A stretch of DNA of 64,000 nucleotides from Candidatus Nanoarchaeia archaeon (GTDB lineage Archaea > Nanobdellota > Nanobdellia > Woesearchaeales > GW2011-AR9): the NCBI GenBank assembly GCA_035288985.1, contig DATDYP010000005.1, forward strand, positions 1,444-65,443, given 5' to 3'. Position 1 is the first letter of the stretch. Every line of letters begins with the position of its first letter. Under the pieces are notes generated by a model. That model saw only the letters and a list, made by a program, of their open reading frames with translations, was not told the DNA's origin and did not search any database. Below are positions 45,401 through 54,210 of the stretch, one piece after another. The translations under genes and the position numbers were made by a program.

Positions 45401-45691
45401 ATGATGAAATTAACGCCAACGGAACTGAAATTGCTCAAGGAAGCGGCTATCGCTGAATATAAGCTCAAGCAAGAAGCAGCAAGTGAACGAAAGAAGTTTA
45501 TGTTCGCCACTTTTGTACACCGGCTTAGAAAAGCGCTTCCCTTCAACATAGCTGTTGGATTAGCGGCATCAGGAATCCTTGTGTATGTTAACGGCTTGAA
45601 ATCTCTGGCTGCCCTGCTGCTGTCAGGGATCATCTGGCTGACTCTCATCTCTACGGTGTTATCAACATTTTTGAAAGAGAATAATAAATAA
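45401..45691 (+). CDS. Hypothetical membrane protein (96 aa)
   Basis: Two hydrophobic helices (FNIAVGLAASGILVYV, LLLSGIIWLTLISTVL). Confidence 0.4.
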   Translation: MMKLTPTELKLLKEAAIAEYKLKQEAASERKKFMFATFVHRLRKALPFNIAVGLAASGILVYVNGLKSLAALLLSGIIWLTLISTVLSTFLKENNK

Positions 45692-45710
45692 GCTCCTTTG
45701 TTGAGAACGG

Positions 45711-45962
45711 CACAGTTCAAAAAGTGAGTGATGGCGGGCCGTTCGCCTCGTGCACACAAAGTGACAACGATCACTTTGGTGCCCCAATAAAGTCGTTGCT
45801 TTATTGCGGGCTTCTTGGTATGTTTATTCTTGCAGGAAGCACCTACCAATACTTGCATAGCTTATGGAATTTAAAATAAATTCCAAATCCTCGACTTCGT
45901 CTGCGGAATCGTTGTTCTCGGTTCACATAGTGGCCTTGCCATCACTCACAAAACGGATTGTG
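45711..45962 (+). ncRNA. Candidate structured RNA (~250 nt, unknown class) with 12-bp terminal stem plus GGCC clamp
   Basis: GTGAGTGATGGC (45724-35) pairs with GCCATCACTCAC (45938-49). GGCC at 45737-40 and 45932-35. Internal hairpins CAAAGTGA/TCACTTTG, AATAAAG/CTTTATT, GGAATTT/AAATTCC. 316-bp non-coding gap. Confidence 0.3.
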
Positions 45963-46008
45963 CCTCCCGAACAAAATGTTTTTAAACAGAGTTCCTTTTT
46001 GAGATAGT

Positions 46009-46521
46009 ATGTCGGAATTAAAAAACCAGCTCTGCAATTTTTGCGGGGAACAGAAACTTACTTTAAAGGAAGAGGAGATAGAGATCCCTTACTTTGGCAG
46101 GGTTTACATTTTTTCCATGGAATGCGGTTCCTGCCATTACCGGAAGTCCGATGTCGAGCCGGCAGAACAAAAAGAGCCCTGCAAATACACCCTCGAAGTT
46201 TCTTCCGAAGACGATCTTAACATCAAGATTGTCAAATCCGGTGAAGCGACAGTGAAGATACCCCATATCATCACCATGGAGGCCGGACCGGCTTCTAACG
46301 GCTACGTCACAAATGTAGAAGGGCTGCTGGAAAGGGTCAAGAAAAACATCGAATCTGCCGCTGATGCGGAGGACGATGCTGCAGCCAAAAAAAAGGCTAA
46401 GAATCTGATCAAGAAATTAAACAAAGTTCTGGTAGGCAGGGAGAGCCTTAAGATCATCATTGAAGATCCTACCGGGCATAGCGTAATTATCTCTGACAAA
46501 GCGCAGCGAAGCAAGCTTTAG
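46009..46521 (+). CDS. ZPR1-type zinc-finger protein
   Basis: CNFCG...IPYFGRVYIFSMECGSCHYR, a ZPR1 zinc ribbon followed by a beta-rich domain. Confidence 0.75.
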   Translation: MSELKNQLCNFCGEQKLTLKEEEIEIPYFGRVYIFSMECGSCHYRKSDVEPAEQKEPCKYTLEVSSEDDLNIKIVKSGEATVKIPHIITMEAGPASNGYVTNVEGLLERVKKNIESAADAEDDAAAKKKAKNLIKKLNKVLVGRESLKIIIEDPTGHSVIISDKAQRSKL

Positions 46522-46542
46522 ACAGTGTCTTCTAAAAGCAAA

Positions 46543-46551
46543 TTTTATAAA
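46543..46551 (+). promoter_or_regulatory. TATA box (ttttataaa) for tRNA-Gly
   Basis: Ends 24 nt upstream of the tRNA 5' end at 46576. Confidence 0.5.
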
Positions 46552-46575
46552 GGAGAGGCATAATGATCGTGTGAT

Positions 46576-46696
46576 GCACCGGTAGTATAACGGCTAGTAT
46601 CCCGGCCTTCCACTTCGTAAGAAGAAGAGAGCCGGTTGTCCGGGTGATCTTGAAGTTTAGGCTTCAGGTCCGGAAATTCGAATCCCGGCCGGTGCA
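46576..46696 (+). tRNA. tRNA-Gly(UCC) with two introns (46613-46629 at position 37/38; 46645-46676 at 53/54)
   Basis: Acceptor GCACCGG/CCGGTGC, anticodon arm CCGGC-CTTCCA|A-GCCGG, T arm CCGGG|TTCGAAT-CCCGG. 72 nt after removing 17 + 32 nt. T5 follows. Confidence 0.8.
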
Positions 46697-46701
46697 TTTT
46701 T
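46697..46701 (+). terminator. Oligo-T terminator after tRNA-Gly
   Basis: TTTTT directly after discriminator base 46696. Confidence 0.5.
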
Positions 46702-46874
46702 CTAATATCCTAAAACCGACCTTTTTTGTTTTATACAAGTGGTAAGAAAAGATTATATAGTATCCTACTTCCGTCCAGAGGGGGAGAAGGCGAAAACTGG
46801 TGGGAGTTTAGCTTAGAAAAGCCAGCTGGTTGATCTAATTGATTGTAAAACTTCCTTTGTTCGCAAGATTCTCC

Positions 46875-47408
46875 CTAATCTTCTTTAAGGTATCCTTTAT
46901 ATGCGTATTTCTGGTTCTGCATTTCAAGGTACTTCTTCATCACAGCATGTAAGTTCCACATACGATAATAGAGCTGGTCCCAATAAGTTGATTCCAGGTC
47001 TTTTTTAATAAAAATGCCGGTATACCACGAACCTAATCTTTCGGCAAACTTGCTGCCGCCAAAAATGTCCTGCCAGTCAGGGATGAGGGAACCGTCCATC
47101 GTCACTTGTATCCGCGCACTGGACAGGCGCTTCTTCTTGCCGTTCTCTTCAACCATAACTTCCTTCAAATCCCAGATGTGAAGATGCACACCTATTTTAT
47201 ATTGGATAAAAGACGTTACTTTTTTAGACAATTCCCATTTGATCTCCTGCTCCGCACCTGCAGGGATGGGTACTTTATGCTTGTAATCCACCTCATGCCA
47301 CAAAAATCCATAATTTTTACCCCAATCTGTAACAGCTACATAAAGGCCGTCCAGATCAAACACGCCGGCAAAGCGCAGCATGATCGGCTTCATAGCTATG
47401 GGTTTCAT
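46875..47408 (-). CDS. Uncharacterised protein, paralog family member C
   Basis: LRFAGVFDLDGLY, SFIQYKIGVHLHI, ARIQVTMDGS, HAVMKKYLEMQ. These blocks are collinear with members A and B. Confidence 0.5.
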   Translation of the reverse strand: MKPIAMKPIMLRFAGVFDLDGLYVAVTDWGKNYGFLWHEVDYKHKVPIPAGAEQEIKWELSKKVTSFIQYKIGVHLHIWDLKEVMVEENGKKKRLSSARIQVTMDGSLIPDWQDIFGGSKFAERLGSWYTGIFIKKDLESTYWDQLYYRMWNLHAVMKKYLEMQNQKYAYKGYLKED

Positions 47409-47502
47409 TATCGCCTGTTATTATTTTACGTTATATAAAGATTTCTGAGGATATTCTAGAGAAAATAAGTCTTTATTAATAACAGGTTAAGCAAATCTTG
47501 CA

Positions 47503-47946
47503 GTGGCAGCAAAACGATATTATGTTGACAGTTGCGTCTGGTTGAATCTTTTCAAAAAAGAAGGTGATGCTGTTAAAGGAGAACCGTATTGGAGATCAGC
47601 AGAATCATTTTTGGAGCGAGTAATGTTCTCCGATGATGAGATTTTATATTCCGGCTTTGTATTGAAAGAGTTGCGGCATGTCTTAGATAATGAAACAGAA
47701 TTCGCGGAAAGATTGGAATTCTTACGACAAGAACCGACATTTACATTTGCAAAAGCGACAGAAGAAGATTACGATTTTGCAAGGGCATTAGAATCTGGAT
47801 TCAATTTTGACTTAAGCTTCTTTGACTGCATGCATATTGCAATGTCAAAACGCTTAGGCTGTATACTTGTAACTAGGGAGAAGCTCTTGATAGAAAAAGC
47901 GAAGAACTATATAGCTGTAGACAAACCCGAAAACTTATCTCCCTAA
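47503..47946 (+). CDS. PIN-domain protein (VapC-like, putative)
   Basis: N-terminal YYVDSCVWLNL (first acidic residue) and C-terminal FDCMHIAMSKRLGCILVTRE. GTG start. Confidence 0.55.
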   Translation: MAAKRYYVDSCVWLNLFKKEGDAVKGEPYWRSAESFLERVMFSDDEILYSGFVLKELRHVLDNETEFAERLEFLRQEPTFTFAKATEEDYDFARALESGFNFDLSFFDCMHIAMSKRLGCILVTREKLLIEKAKNYIAVDKPENLSP

Positions 47947-48189
47947 AGCATTAATTTCATTTAAATCCTTAAGGGTGAAACCTTTTGATAATCTCTTCCT
48001 GATTTCTCTGATCTCCTTAACTGAATCCCCGGTATTTGGTACGGAACTAACTTGTTTTTCCAGAACTAATTTTCTGAGAGCATCTCTTATGACATCGGAC
48101 TTGTTCGTGTAGAAACCTTTTGTTACTAGTTTTTCAACTTCGTCCATTAAGCCTTCCGGCAATCGTACTTGAGCAACAGTCATTGTCAT
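47935..48189 (-). CDS. Ribbon-helix-helix (CopG/NikR-N-like) DNA-binding protein
   Basis: VRLPEGLMDEVEKLVTKGFYTNKSDVIRDALRKLV. Convergent with the PIN gene; the 3' ends overlap by 12 nt. Confidence 0.6.
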   Translation of the reverse strand: MTMTVAQVRLPEGLMDEVEKLVTKGFYTNKSDVIRDALRKLVLEKQVSSVPNTGDSVKEIREIRKRLSKGFTLKDLNEINALGR

Positions 48190-48266
48190 ACGCTAGTAAT
48201 ACAGACGTAGTATAAAAATGTTTGTGTTTTTGTGGGAGAGAATTAGGTTAAGAGAGGAGAAGAAAA

Positions 48267-51200
48267 TCACACCTTCTCAAAATAAGCCGTAAACTCCTCT
48301 TCCTTTACCTTGAAAGAATCAATTAGTTTATATTTCTTCTTAGGCTCAGACACGGCAACATCAAAACTTTGAGCGCCAACCTTAGCTTGTATTTCATTCT
48401 TTAAAGGCCCCAGCATCTTTTGCATGCCTGTACTTGTTTTCAAAGATAAGATTATTTTATCCGTCTTCTGCAGGCCAGCTTTCTTCCGCAGCTCCTGGAC
48501 ATTCCTGGCTAATTCCCGCGCAAATCCTTCCGCTTCCAATTCATCAGTGCGTTCAGTATTGACCAAGATAACAGCATCCTTAAACTCAGAAAGCTGATAA
48601 TTACGCGGCGCTTCACGTTCCAGCAGCAGCATCTCTGCAGTAATCTCGACCTGCTTCCCATCAATAGCGAAAGTATATTTTCCGTCTTTCTGCAGATGCT
48701 GAAGAATAGTTTGCGGACTGTCTAAAGCTAACTTTGCAATTATCTGCGGGGACAACTTTCCATAAGCCGGGCCGATCTTGGCATAGTTTGGCTTGACCTT
48801 AGTTTGGATTTCTGCACCATCTTTTACAGCGACAATTGCTTTTGCATTAAGTAGGGAGCATAACACGCCCTGTAATTGTGAAACAACACCCTGTATGGAT
48901 GGATTTTCGCTGATTACCCGAACTTCTTTTACCGGCCATCTAACTCCTAGCTTCGCTTTTTCGCGGGCATGCAAACCTGCTTGGATAATTCCTTGAGCTG
49001 CAGCTATTTGCTCTTCTAATTTTTTGTTTATTTTCTTACCATCCGCTTCGGGCCAGGAATAGTGCATGATACTTTCTTCCTTCATGCCAAATTCTTCTTT
49101 AAGATTCAAGTACATTGCCTCGCAGATGAATGGTGCGATCAGGCTGAACATCTTTATGGTTTCCAAGAAAACGTTCCCGATAGTATATAGACAAGCTTCT
49201 TTTTCCTCATCGCTGCCGGAAGCGCTCTTCTCCCTAACCATCTGGATATAGGTTCTCGATAATTCCAGAAACAGGTTTTCTAAAGGAGCGATAGATTCAT
49301 CCAAGCGGTATTCTTCCAATAGTGCGGTAACCTCTTTGATGGTTGAATGTAATCTGGAGAGAAGGTATTTCTCTTCGTTGTCTAAGACTACTTTTTTCAG
49401 TGTGAAGGGGTTACAGTCATTCTCCCTAGACATGGTCAGCAGAAACTTATGGGTATTCCACAGCACCAGCAGCAGCCTGGACTTGGCAGCACACTCTTCC
49501 CAGCTGAAATTGATATCCTCCCCTGCATTGGTCTGGAACATATAATATCGCAGCACATCAGCGCCATGTTTTTGGACAAGCTCATCCGGAGAAATAATAT
49601 TCCCTAATGATTTGGACATCTTCACCCCGGAAACATCAGTCACAAAGCCATTCATGTAGACATTTTTAAAGGCCGGCTTGCCGAAAGCCAGGAATGAAGC
49701 GACCATCAATAAATTAAACCAGCCGCGGATCTGGTCCTTTCCTTCAAGGATAAAATCTGCTGGAAAAAACTGATCAAATAATTTTTTCTCCTGCGGATAA
49801 TTAAGGCAATTCCAGGAGACTGTACCGGCATCAATCCAGACGTCCAGAACGTCAGGAATTCTGGTATATACTTTTCCCTTTTTGGTGATAGTGATAGTGT
49901 CAATTTCCGGGATGTGCATCCCTTTCATTTTCTGTCCAGACAGTTTTTCCAGTTCAGCGATGCTGCCGACAACAAGATAGTCTCCATCCTTGGCCTGCCA
50001 GATCGGTACTGGCGTTCCCCAGTAGCGCTGTTTGGTGATGGAATTGTCACGTAAATTATCCAGCCAGGAATCAAAGGCATTCTTGGCAGCAGCAGGATTC
50101 CAGTAAATCTTTTTATTTGCCGCCAGCATTTTTTTCTTAAGATCCTCGACTTTGAAGAACCATTGTTTTGTAGTCCTGAAAATGACCGGCTGATGGCTTC
50201 GCTCACCATGCGGATAGTCATGGACGTACGGTTCCTTTGCCAGTAAAGAATGCGCTTCATCTAAAGCCTGGATGAATTTGCGGTCATCTGTCTTTGCTTT
50301 CCAGCCGCTAAACTGGCCGAAATGTTCAAACAAGCCTTCCTCATTAACACAGTTAAAGGGCGGTATGCCGTGGTGATGCCCGACTTCATAGTCCTCCGGG
50401 CCGCAGCCAGGAGCCATGTGCACTAAACCTGTACCGGAAGAATCATCGACATATTCGCTGCTGAGAACGACTGTGAACAGTTTAGGATTTTGCTGCAGCT
50501 CTTTAGGAAGATATTCCTTAATCCCCAGAGGATGCTTGTAGGATTGGCCTTCCAACTCCTTTCCCGGATATTTTTTCTTGATGGAATACTTTTTCACACC
50601 GGCCTTTTGCAGCACCTGAGCAGATAATTTTTCTGCAACTATCCATACTTCACTATCAACAGCAACCTCAACATAGGCCATATCGGGATTGACCATCACG
50701 CCTAAATTTAAGGGAATCGTCCAGGGTGTAGTAGTCCAGACGATAAAGAATTTCGCTGGATTTTTGGCATGCTGAAATTTAACGTAAATTGAAGTGTCGG
50801 TAAGTTTTTTATATTCCAATTCGTGTTTGGCAACAGCAGTCTGCGTTGCCGCATCCCAATGCATGGTTCGTAATCCCTGATATAACCTTCCTTTCTTCTG
50901 CGCTTGTTTGATCAGCCACCATTCTGATTCCATGAATTGTTTCGTAATCGGCTGATACGGATCGGAGAAATCCATAGTAAGACCCAGGCGGATAAAATCT
51001 TCATTCATCCTTTGCATCATTTCGGTGCAAAAGATTTCACATTCCTTCATGAATTTGGCAATACCAAATTTTTCAATATCTTCCTTATTCTTCAGGCCCA
51101 GCTTAGCCATGGTCTTCTGCTCCGTAGGCAGGCCATGCATGTCATAGCCCATCCTGTCCCAGACATTATAGCCCTGCATGCGCTTATAGCGAAGAACGAT

Positions 51201-51389
51201 ATCTTTCATAGAAGTCTGCCAGGCAGTGCCCAGATGAACTCTTCCCGAGGTATAGGGCGGCCCTTCCAGGAAGTAGAACTTCTTGCCATTCTGATTCTGT
51301 TTACGGAGATGCTCCACAGCCTTAATCTTCTGCCAGAATTGAAGTATTTGCGGTTCTAATTGCTGGGGATGGTAGTCAGGAAAGTGCAT
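48267..51389 (-). CDS. ileS: Isoleucyl-tRNA synthetase
   Basis: PPYTSGRVHLGTAW (HIGH-type), KMSKS, editing-domain insert. 1040 aa. Leaderless ATG 23 nt from the TATA at 51413-20. Confidence 0.97.
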   Translation of the reverse strand: MHFPDYHPQQLEPQILQFWQKIKAVEHLRKQNQNGKKFYFLEGPPYTSGRVHLGTAWQTSMKDIVLRYKRMQGYNVWDRMGYDMHGLPTEQKTMAKLGLKNKEDIEKFGIAKFMKECEIFCTEMMQRMNEDFIRLGLTMDFSDPYQPITKQFMESEWWLIKQAQKKGRLYQGLRTMHWDAATQTAVAKHELEYKKLTDTSIYVKFQHAKNPAKFFIVWTTTPWTIPLNLGVMVNPDMAYVEVAVDSEVWIVAEKLSAQVLQKAGVKKYSIKKKYPGKELEGQSYKHPLGIKEYLPKELQQNPKLFTVVLSSEYVDDSSGTGLVHMAPGCGPEDYEVGHHHGIPPFNCVNEEGLFEHFGQFSGWKAKTDDRKFIQALDEAHSLLAKEPYVHDYPHGERSHQPVIFRTTKQWFFKVEDLKKKMLAANKKIYWNPAAAKNAFDSWLDNLRDNSITKQRYWGTPVPIWQAKDGDYLVVGSIAELEKLSGQKMKGMHIPEIDTITITKKGKVYTRIPDVLDVWIDAGTVSWNCLNYPQEKKLFDQFFPADFILEGKDQIRGWFNLLMVASFLAFGKPAFKNVYMNGFVTDVSGVKMSKSLGNIISPDELVQKHGADVLRYYMFQTNAGEDINFSWEECAAKSRLLLVLWNTHKFLLTMSRENDCNPFTLKKVVLDNEEKYLLSRLHSTIKEVTALLEEYRLDESIAPLENLFLELSRTYIQMVREKSASGSDEEKEACLYTIGNVFLETIKMFSLIAPFICEAMYLNLKEEFGMKEESIMHYSWPEADGKKINKKLEEQIAAAQGIIQAGLHAREKAKLGVRWPVKEVRVISENPSIQGVVSQLQGVLCSLLNAKAIVAVKDGAEIQTKVKPNYAKIGPAYGKLSPQIIAKLALDSPQTILQHLQKDGKYTFAIDGKQVEITAEMLLLEREAPRNYQLSEFKDAVILVNTERTDELEAEGFARELARNVQELRKKAGLQKTDKIILSLKTSTGMQKMLGPLKNEIQAKVGAQSFDVAVSEPKKKYKLIDSFKVKEEEFTAYFEKV

Positions 51390-51412
51390 AGAAAGTTGAT
51401 AGTTAAAGGTTT

Positions 51413-51420
51413 TTTATAAA
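51413..51420. promoter_or_regulatory. Palindromic TATA box (tttataaa) between ileS (minus strand) and the structured element (plus strand)
   Basis: 23 nt from the ileS ATG (51389) and 25 nt from the element arm start (51446). Confidence 0.45.
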
Positions 51421-51445
51421 CATTATGCTCTCAGCAGCAATGTAG

Positions 51446-51591
51446 AAAAAGTCGCCGCCTAGGCCATGATGCGAATGAGGAACTGCTTTTCGTAAGACTT
51501 ATTGGTAGTTCAATTCTTTCGAAAGATTGTGCCTTTTGCAAAAAAAAGACGAAGCGAGAATTGACCGAATGAGCGGCCAAGGCGACTTTTT
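51446..51591 (+). ncRNA. Candidate structured small RNA (unknown class), homolog of the element at 10736-10860
   Basis: AAAAAGTCGCC (51446-56) pairs with GGCGACTTTTT (51581-91). GGCC at 51462-65 and 51575-78. Same arm-N5-GGCC...GGCC-AA-arm layout. Ends in T6. Strand is uncertain. Confidence 0.35.
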
Positions 51592-51618
51592 TGAAATTTT
51601 CTACAAAGCGGCTCTGCT

Positions 51619-52824
51619 TTACTTCCCAGCTAGACGGTAATATACGCCAGCCCCTTTCAGTTTTTTTTCTTTTGTTAATGTACCTTCTTTGCTTAAAGAG
51701 CTCATGAAAAGCCTAGTGACTTCATCATTCCACCCTAATAGGCGGGCAACCTCTACAGGTCTTGCTCCCCGGCCATGCTCGTCCATGTACATTGTAATTG
51801 CGGTAGTAATGTCAGATACTCTTTCTTCATGACTTACTGCATTAAGGTGAGGAGAAACCTGGCGATATAATTCAATGCCGGCATCTAGATAAGCAGTAAA
51901 TCGTTGCGCATCCCTCCTGAATTCAGTAAGAAGTTCCCGCGCTTGCTGTAATTCATCACCCTGCTGAAGAGCTTTTCGTAGAAAGGTCACATAGCCTAAG
52001 AATGCCTGTGCAGAGTCATGTATGCTTACAGAACTAGAAGCTTTTTGACCATCTTTATTAGGTCCAGTTGACTGATAGTTAATCAGCCCTAATTTAGCTA
52101 ATTGCGCAATCTGTTTAGAAATAACACTTCCAAGATTTTTCAGCCGTAAGCCTGTCCCTGCAATTTCTGGTATTGTAGAAGCCCCATCTCTGACTGCCTC
52201 AAGAACTCTGACTCTATTATACGGAGCTCTGCTATCACCCTTGGAATGAGTAGAGGACAATACTGAATAAAGAGAGATATTGTTATCAACTGCAAATTTA
52301 AGGGAGTACGCTGCTAAAGGCTGTCCATACTTGCTGCCTGCTTCTGAGATGACAAACTGTTTTCTTGCAAGTCCTGGGATTAATAAGCGGTTGTACTCCT
52401 CGCTGGCAACAAGCCCAATATTCACCAACGATTGATTACAGTATTCTCCCATTACATGAATACCTGGTAACTGAACTGTGGTTTGTCTTTCAATACGTCT
52501 CCAGATATCAGTAGGACTGGCAGGAAACCCATTAAGAGCAAGAACAACTGCCTGTTTCAATTCAGAATTGACAGAATTGAGTACCGCTTCCAGGCGCACT
52601 TCCTCATTTTCTGGAAAGTCATGGACGGTCCTGTCAACAAGAAGATCAGCAAATTCTTCAACTGTAATAATTCCAGCAACTCTGGCCTGCTGTAAATGCC
52701 TGAATAAAGCCTTGCTGCCTAATTGGTATCTATCTCTCAGATCTGAAAAAGAGGTCCCGCTGGTAAAATCTGCTGCTATCCCTAAAATAAGATCCTGCGT
52801 ATCCATAGCCTTATTTTCTTTCAT
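51619..52824 (-). CDS. Hypothetical protein with probable winged-helix domains
   Basis: HTH-like SKALFRHLQQARVAGIIT and a C-terminal VEVARLLGWNDEVTRLFMSSLSKEGTL. Otherwise unknown. Confidence 0.3.
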   Translation of the reverse strand: MKENKAMDTQDLILGIAADFTSGTSFSDLRDRYQLGSKALFRHLQQARVAGIITVEEFADLLVDRTVHDFPENEEVRLEAVLNSVNSELKQAVVLALNGFPASPTDIWRRIERQTTVQLPGIHVMGEYCNQSLVNIGLVASEEYNRLLIPGLARKQFVISEAGSKYGQPLAAYSLKFAVDNNISLYSVLSSTHSKGDSRAPYNRVRVLEAVRDGASTIPEIAGTGLRLKNLGSVISKQIAQLAKLGLINYQSTGPNKDGQKASSSVSIHDSAQAFLGYVTFLRKALQQGDELQQARELLTEFRRDAQRFTAYLDAGIELYRQVSPHLNAVSHEERVSDITTAITMYMDEHGRGARPVEVARLLGWNDEVTRLFMSSLSKEGTLTKEKKLKGAGVYYRLAGK

Positions 52825-52881
52825 CTGTTTATAAAGATTTTGTTAAATTATCCCTTAGAAGTAGTGACTTAAAGTAACCCA

Positions 52882-53604
52882 TTACACTTTGAGAATCAGC
52901 ACATTCCCACGTCCCTTCTTGATCTTCTCGATCATGCCTTTGTGTTCAAGTTCAGTTACAATAAGGCTTACCTTAGCTTCAGAAAGGTACAGCATTTCCT
53001 TGCGCAGTTCCTTCTGATTGATCCGGCCATCGTGTTTTTTGATGATTTCCAAAGCCTGATCGAGATACCCAGGCTCTTTGGCAAGCTCTTCTTTATGCTG
53101 TTCTAAGGTTTTTTGGTTTTCCTGCTTGATTCTTCTTCTAAAGATGCGTAAAGAGCCGTATTTTTTTCTGGTGTAGATGATCCTTGCCAGAAGAAGGGCA
53201 AAAATGACACCGGCAATGATCCAGGACCATAAAGGAGTAGATTTTTCATCCGTATCAATGGGCAATTCCTCCTGCGTTTCCTGCCATAATTCGTCTTCTT
53301 CGACAAAATCAGGGAGCAAGAATAAATCAAGGACATATTCTCCGGTAGGAGAGAGGATTTCCACATTTTCGGTAATAGTGTAGCGGTCATTTTTTGCGGT
53401 GAGAAGATATTTTCCGATTGGCAGATCAAAGGAATAGGTCCCTGTCTTAGCTAAGAATTTCTGCTGGGGAACGGTATTGACTTCTACTAAGACGTCCTGG
53501 GCTTGATCTAAATTCTCATCATAAATGCTTCCTTTCAGGGTAGCTGCTGAAACTAAGGGGATGATAAGTAAAAGAAATAGAAATAAGGGTAATTTGTGCT
53601 TCAT
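52882..53604 (-). CDS. Membrane-anchored protein with extracellular beta-sandwich-like domain and cytoplasmic winged-helix domain
   Basis: Signal sequence MKHKLPLFLFLLLIIPLVSA, TM helix LWSWIIAGVIFALLLARIIY, C-terminal INQKELRKEMLYLSEAKVSLIVTELEHKGMIEKIKKGRGN. Confidence 0.5.
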   Translation of the reverse strand: MKHKLPLFLFLLLIIPLVSAATLKGSIYDENLDQAQDVLVEVNTVPQQKFLAKTGTYSFDLPIGKYLLTAKNDRYTITENVEILSPTGEYVLDLFLLPDFVEEDELWQETQEELPIDTDEKSTPLWSWIIAGVIFALLLARIIYTRKKYGSLRIFRRRIKQENQKTLEQHKEELAKEPGYLDQALEIIKKHDGRINQKELRKEMLYLSEAKVSLIVTELEHKGMIEKIKKGRGNVLILKV

Positions 53605-53651
53605 GATCTTATATACTCTAGAATAATATAAAAAGATATCGGGGATTGGCT

Positions 53652-54008
53652 CTAATCCTGTTTGAATAACCATTCACATAAAGTAGCATTATGGTAAACT
53701 CTTGCCCTAAACCCCTCGGCACGTAAAGCTTCAAGCACCCAATCAACACATTGCTTATCCAAACTCCTCCCTTCTGAAACTCCTTCATAATTGCATCCAC
53801 AAACAGCAACTGGTTCTAGAGGATCTAATCTCGTTGGAATTTCTAGACTCCCCTCGGGCACATAAAACCGCCTATTTTTTGGCACCTCTTTCTGTATTCT
53901 AGCTGACTCAGCTCGAACAGAATCGCCATTAATAAAATTTCGAAAACTTAACATTACAGATCTCTTATGTACTATTACATATTGTTCTTGATACATTACG
54001 AAGACCAT
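53652..54008 (-). CDS. Hypothetical protein (118 aa)
   Basis: ORF only. Confidence 0.3.
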   Translation of the reverse strand: MVFVMYQEQYVIVHKRSVMLSFRNFINGDSVRAESARIQKEVPKNRRFYVPEGSLEIPTRLDPLEPVAVCGCNYEGVSEGRSLDKQCVDWVLEALRAEGFRARVYHNATLCEWLFKQD

Positions 54009-54210
54009 TTAAACACTCATAATAAAAAACTTACGTTTATTTTTCCCTTTTTTCTAAAAATTCTCTTTTTTTCCTACACTAAAACCTTATCTAACCTCCA
54101 TAAACCTTCCTAAAGCTTCGTAAAGTATTCTGTAAAGTGTTTCCAAAAGTATCTTTAAAAAGAAGGCTGGTCGCTAGATCCACAGTGACAATTCAAACGG
54201 AGGTCAGAAC

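Noticed and set aside
45385-45858. 157-aa minus-strand ORF spanning the membrane-protein gene and the structured intergenic region
   Set aside because: It overlaps a plausible plus-strand gene and runs through the hairpin-rich non-coding region. It has no motif and no promoter, so the region is better explained as non-coding structure.
46661-46676. gcttcaggtccggaaa resembles the conserved AGGUCCGGAA core of SRP RNA helix 8
   Set aside because: It lies inside the second intron of tRNA-Gly, is only ~15 nt long, and has no surrounding SRP helices (no 5'/3' closing stem, no AGCA strand).
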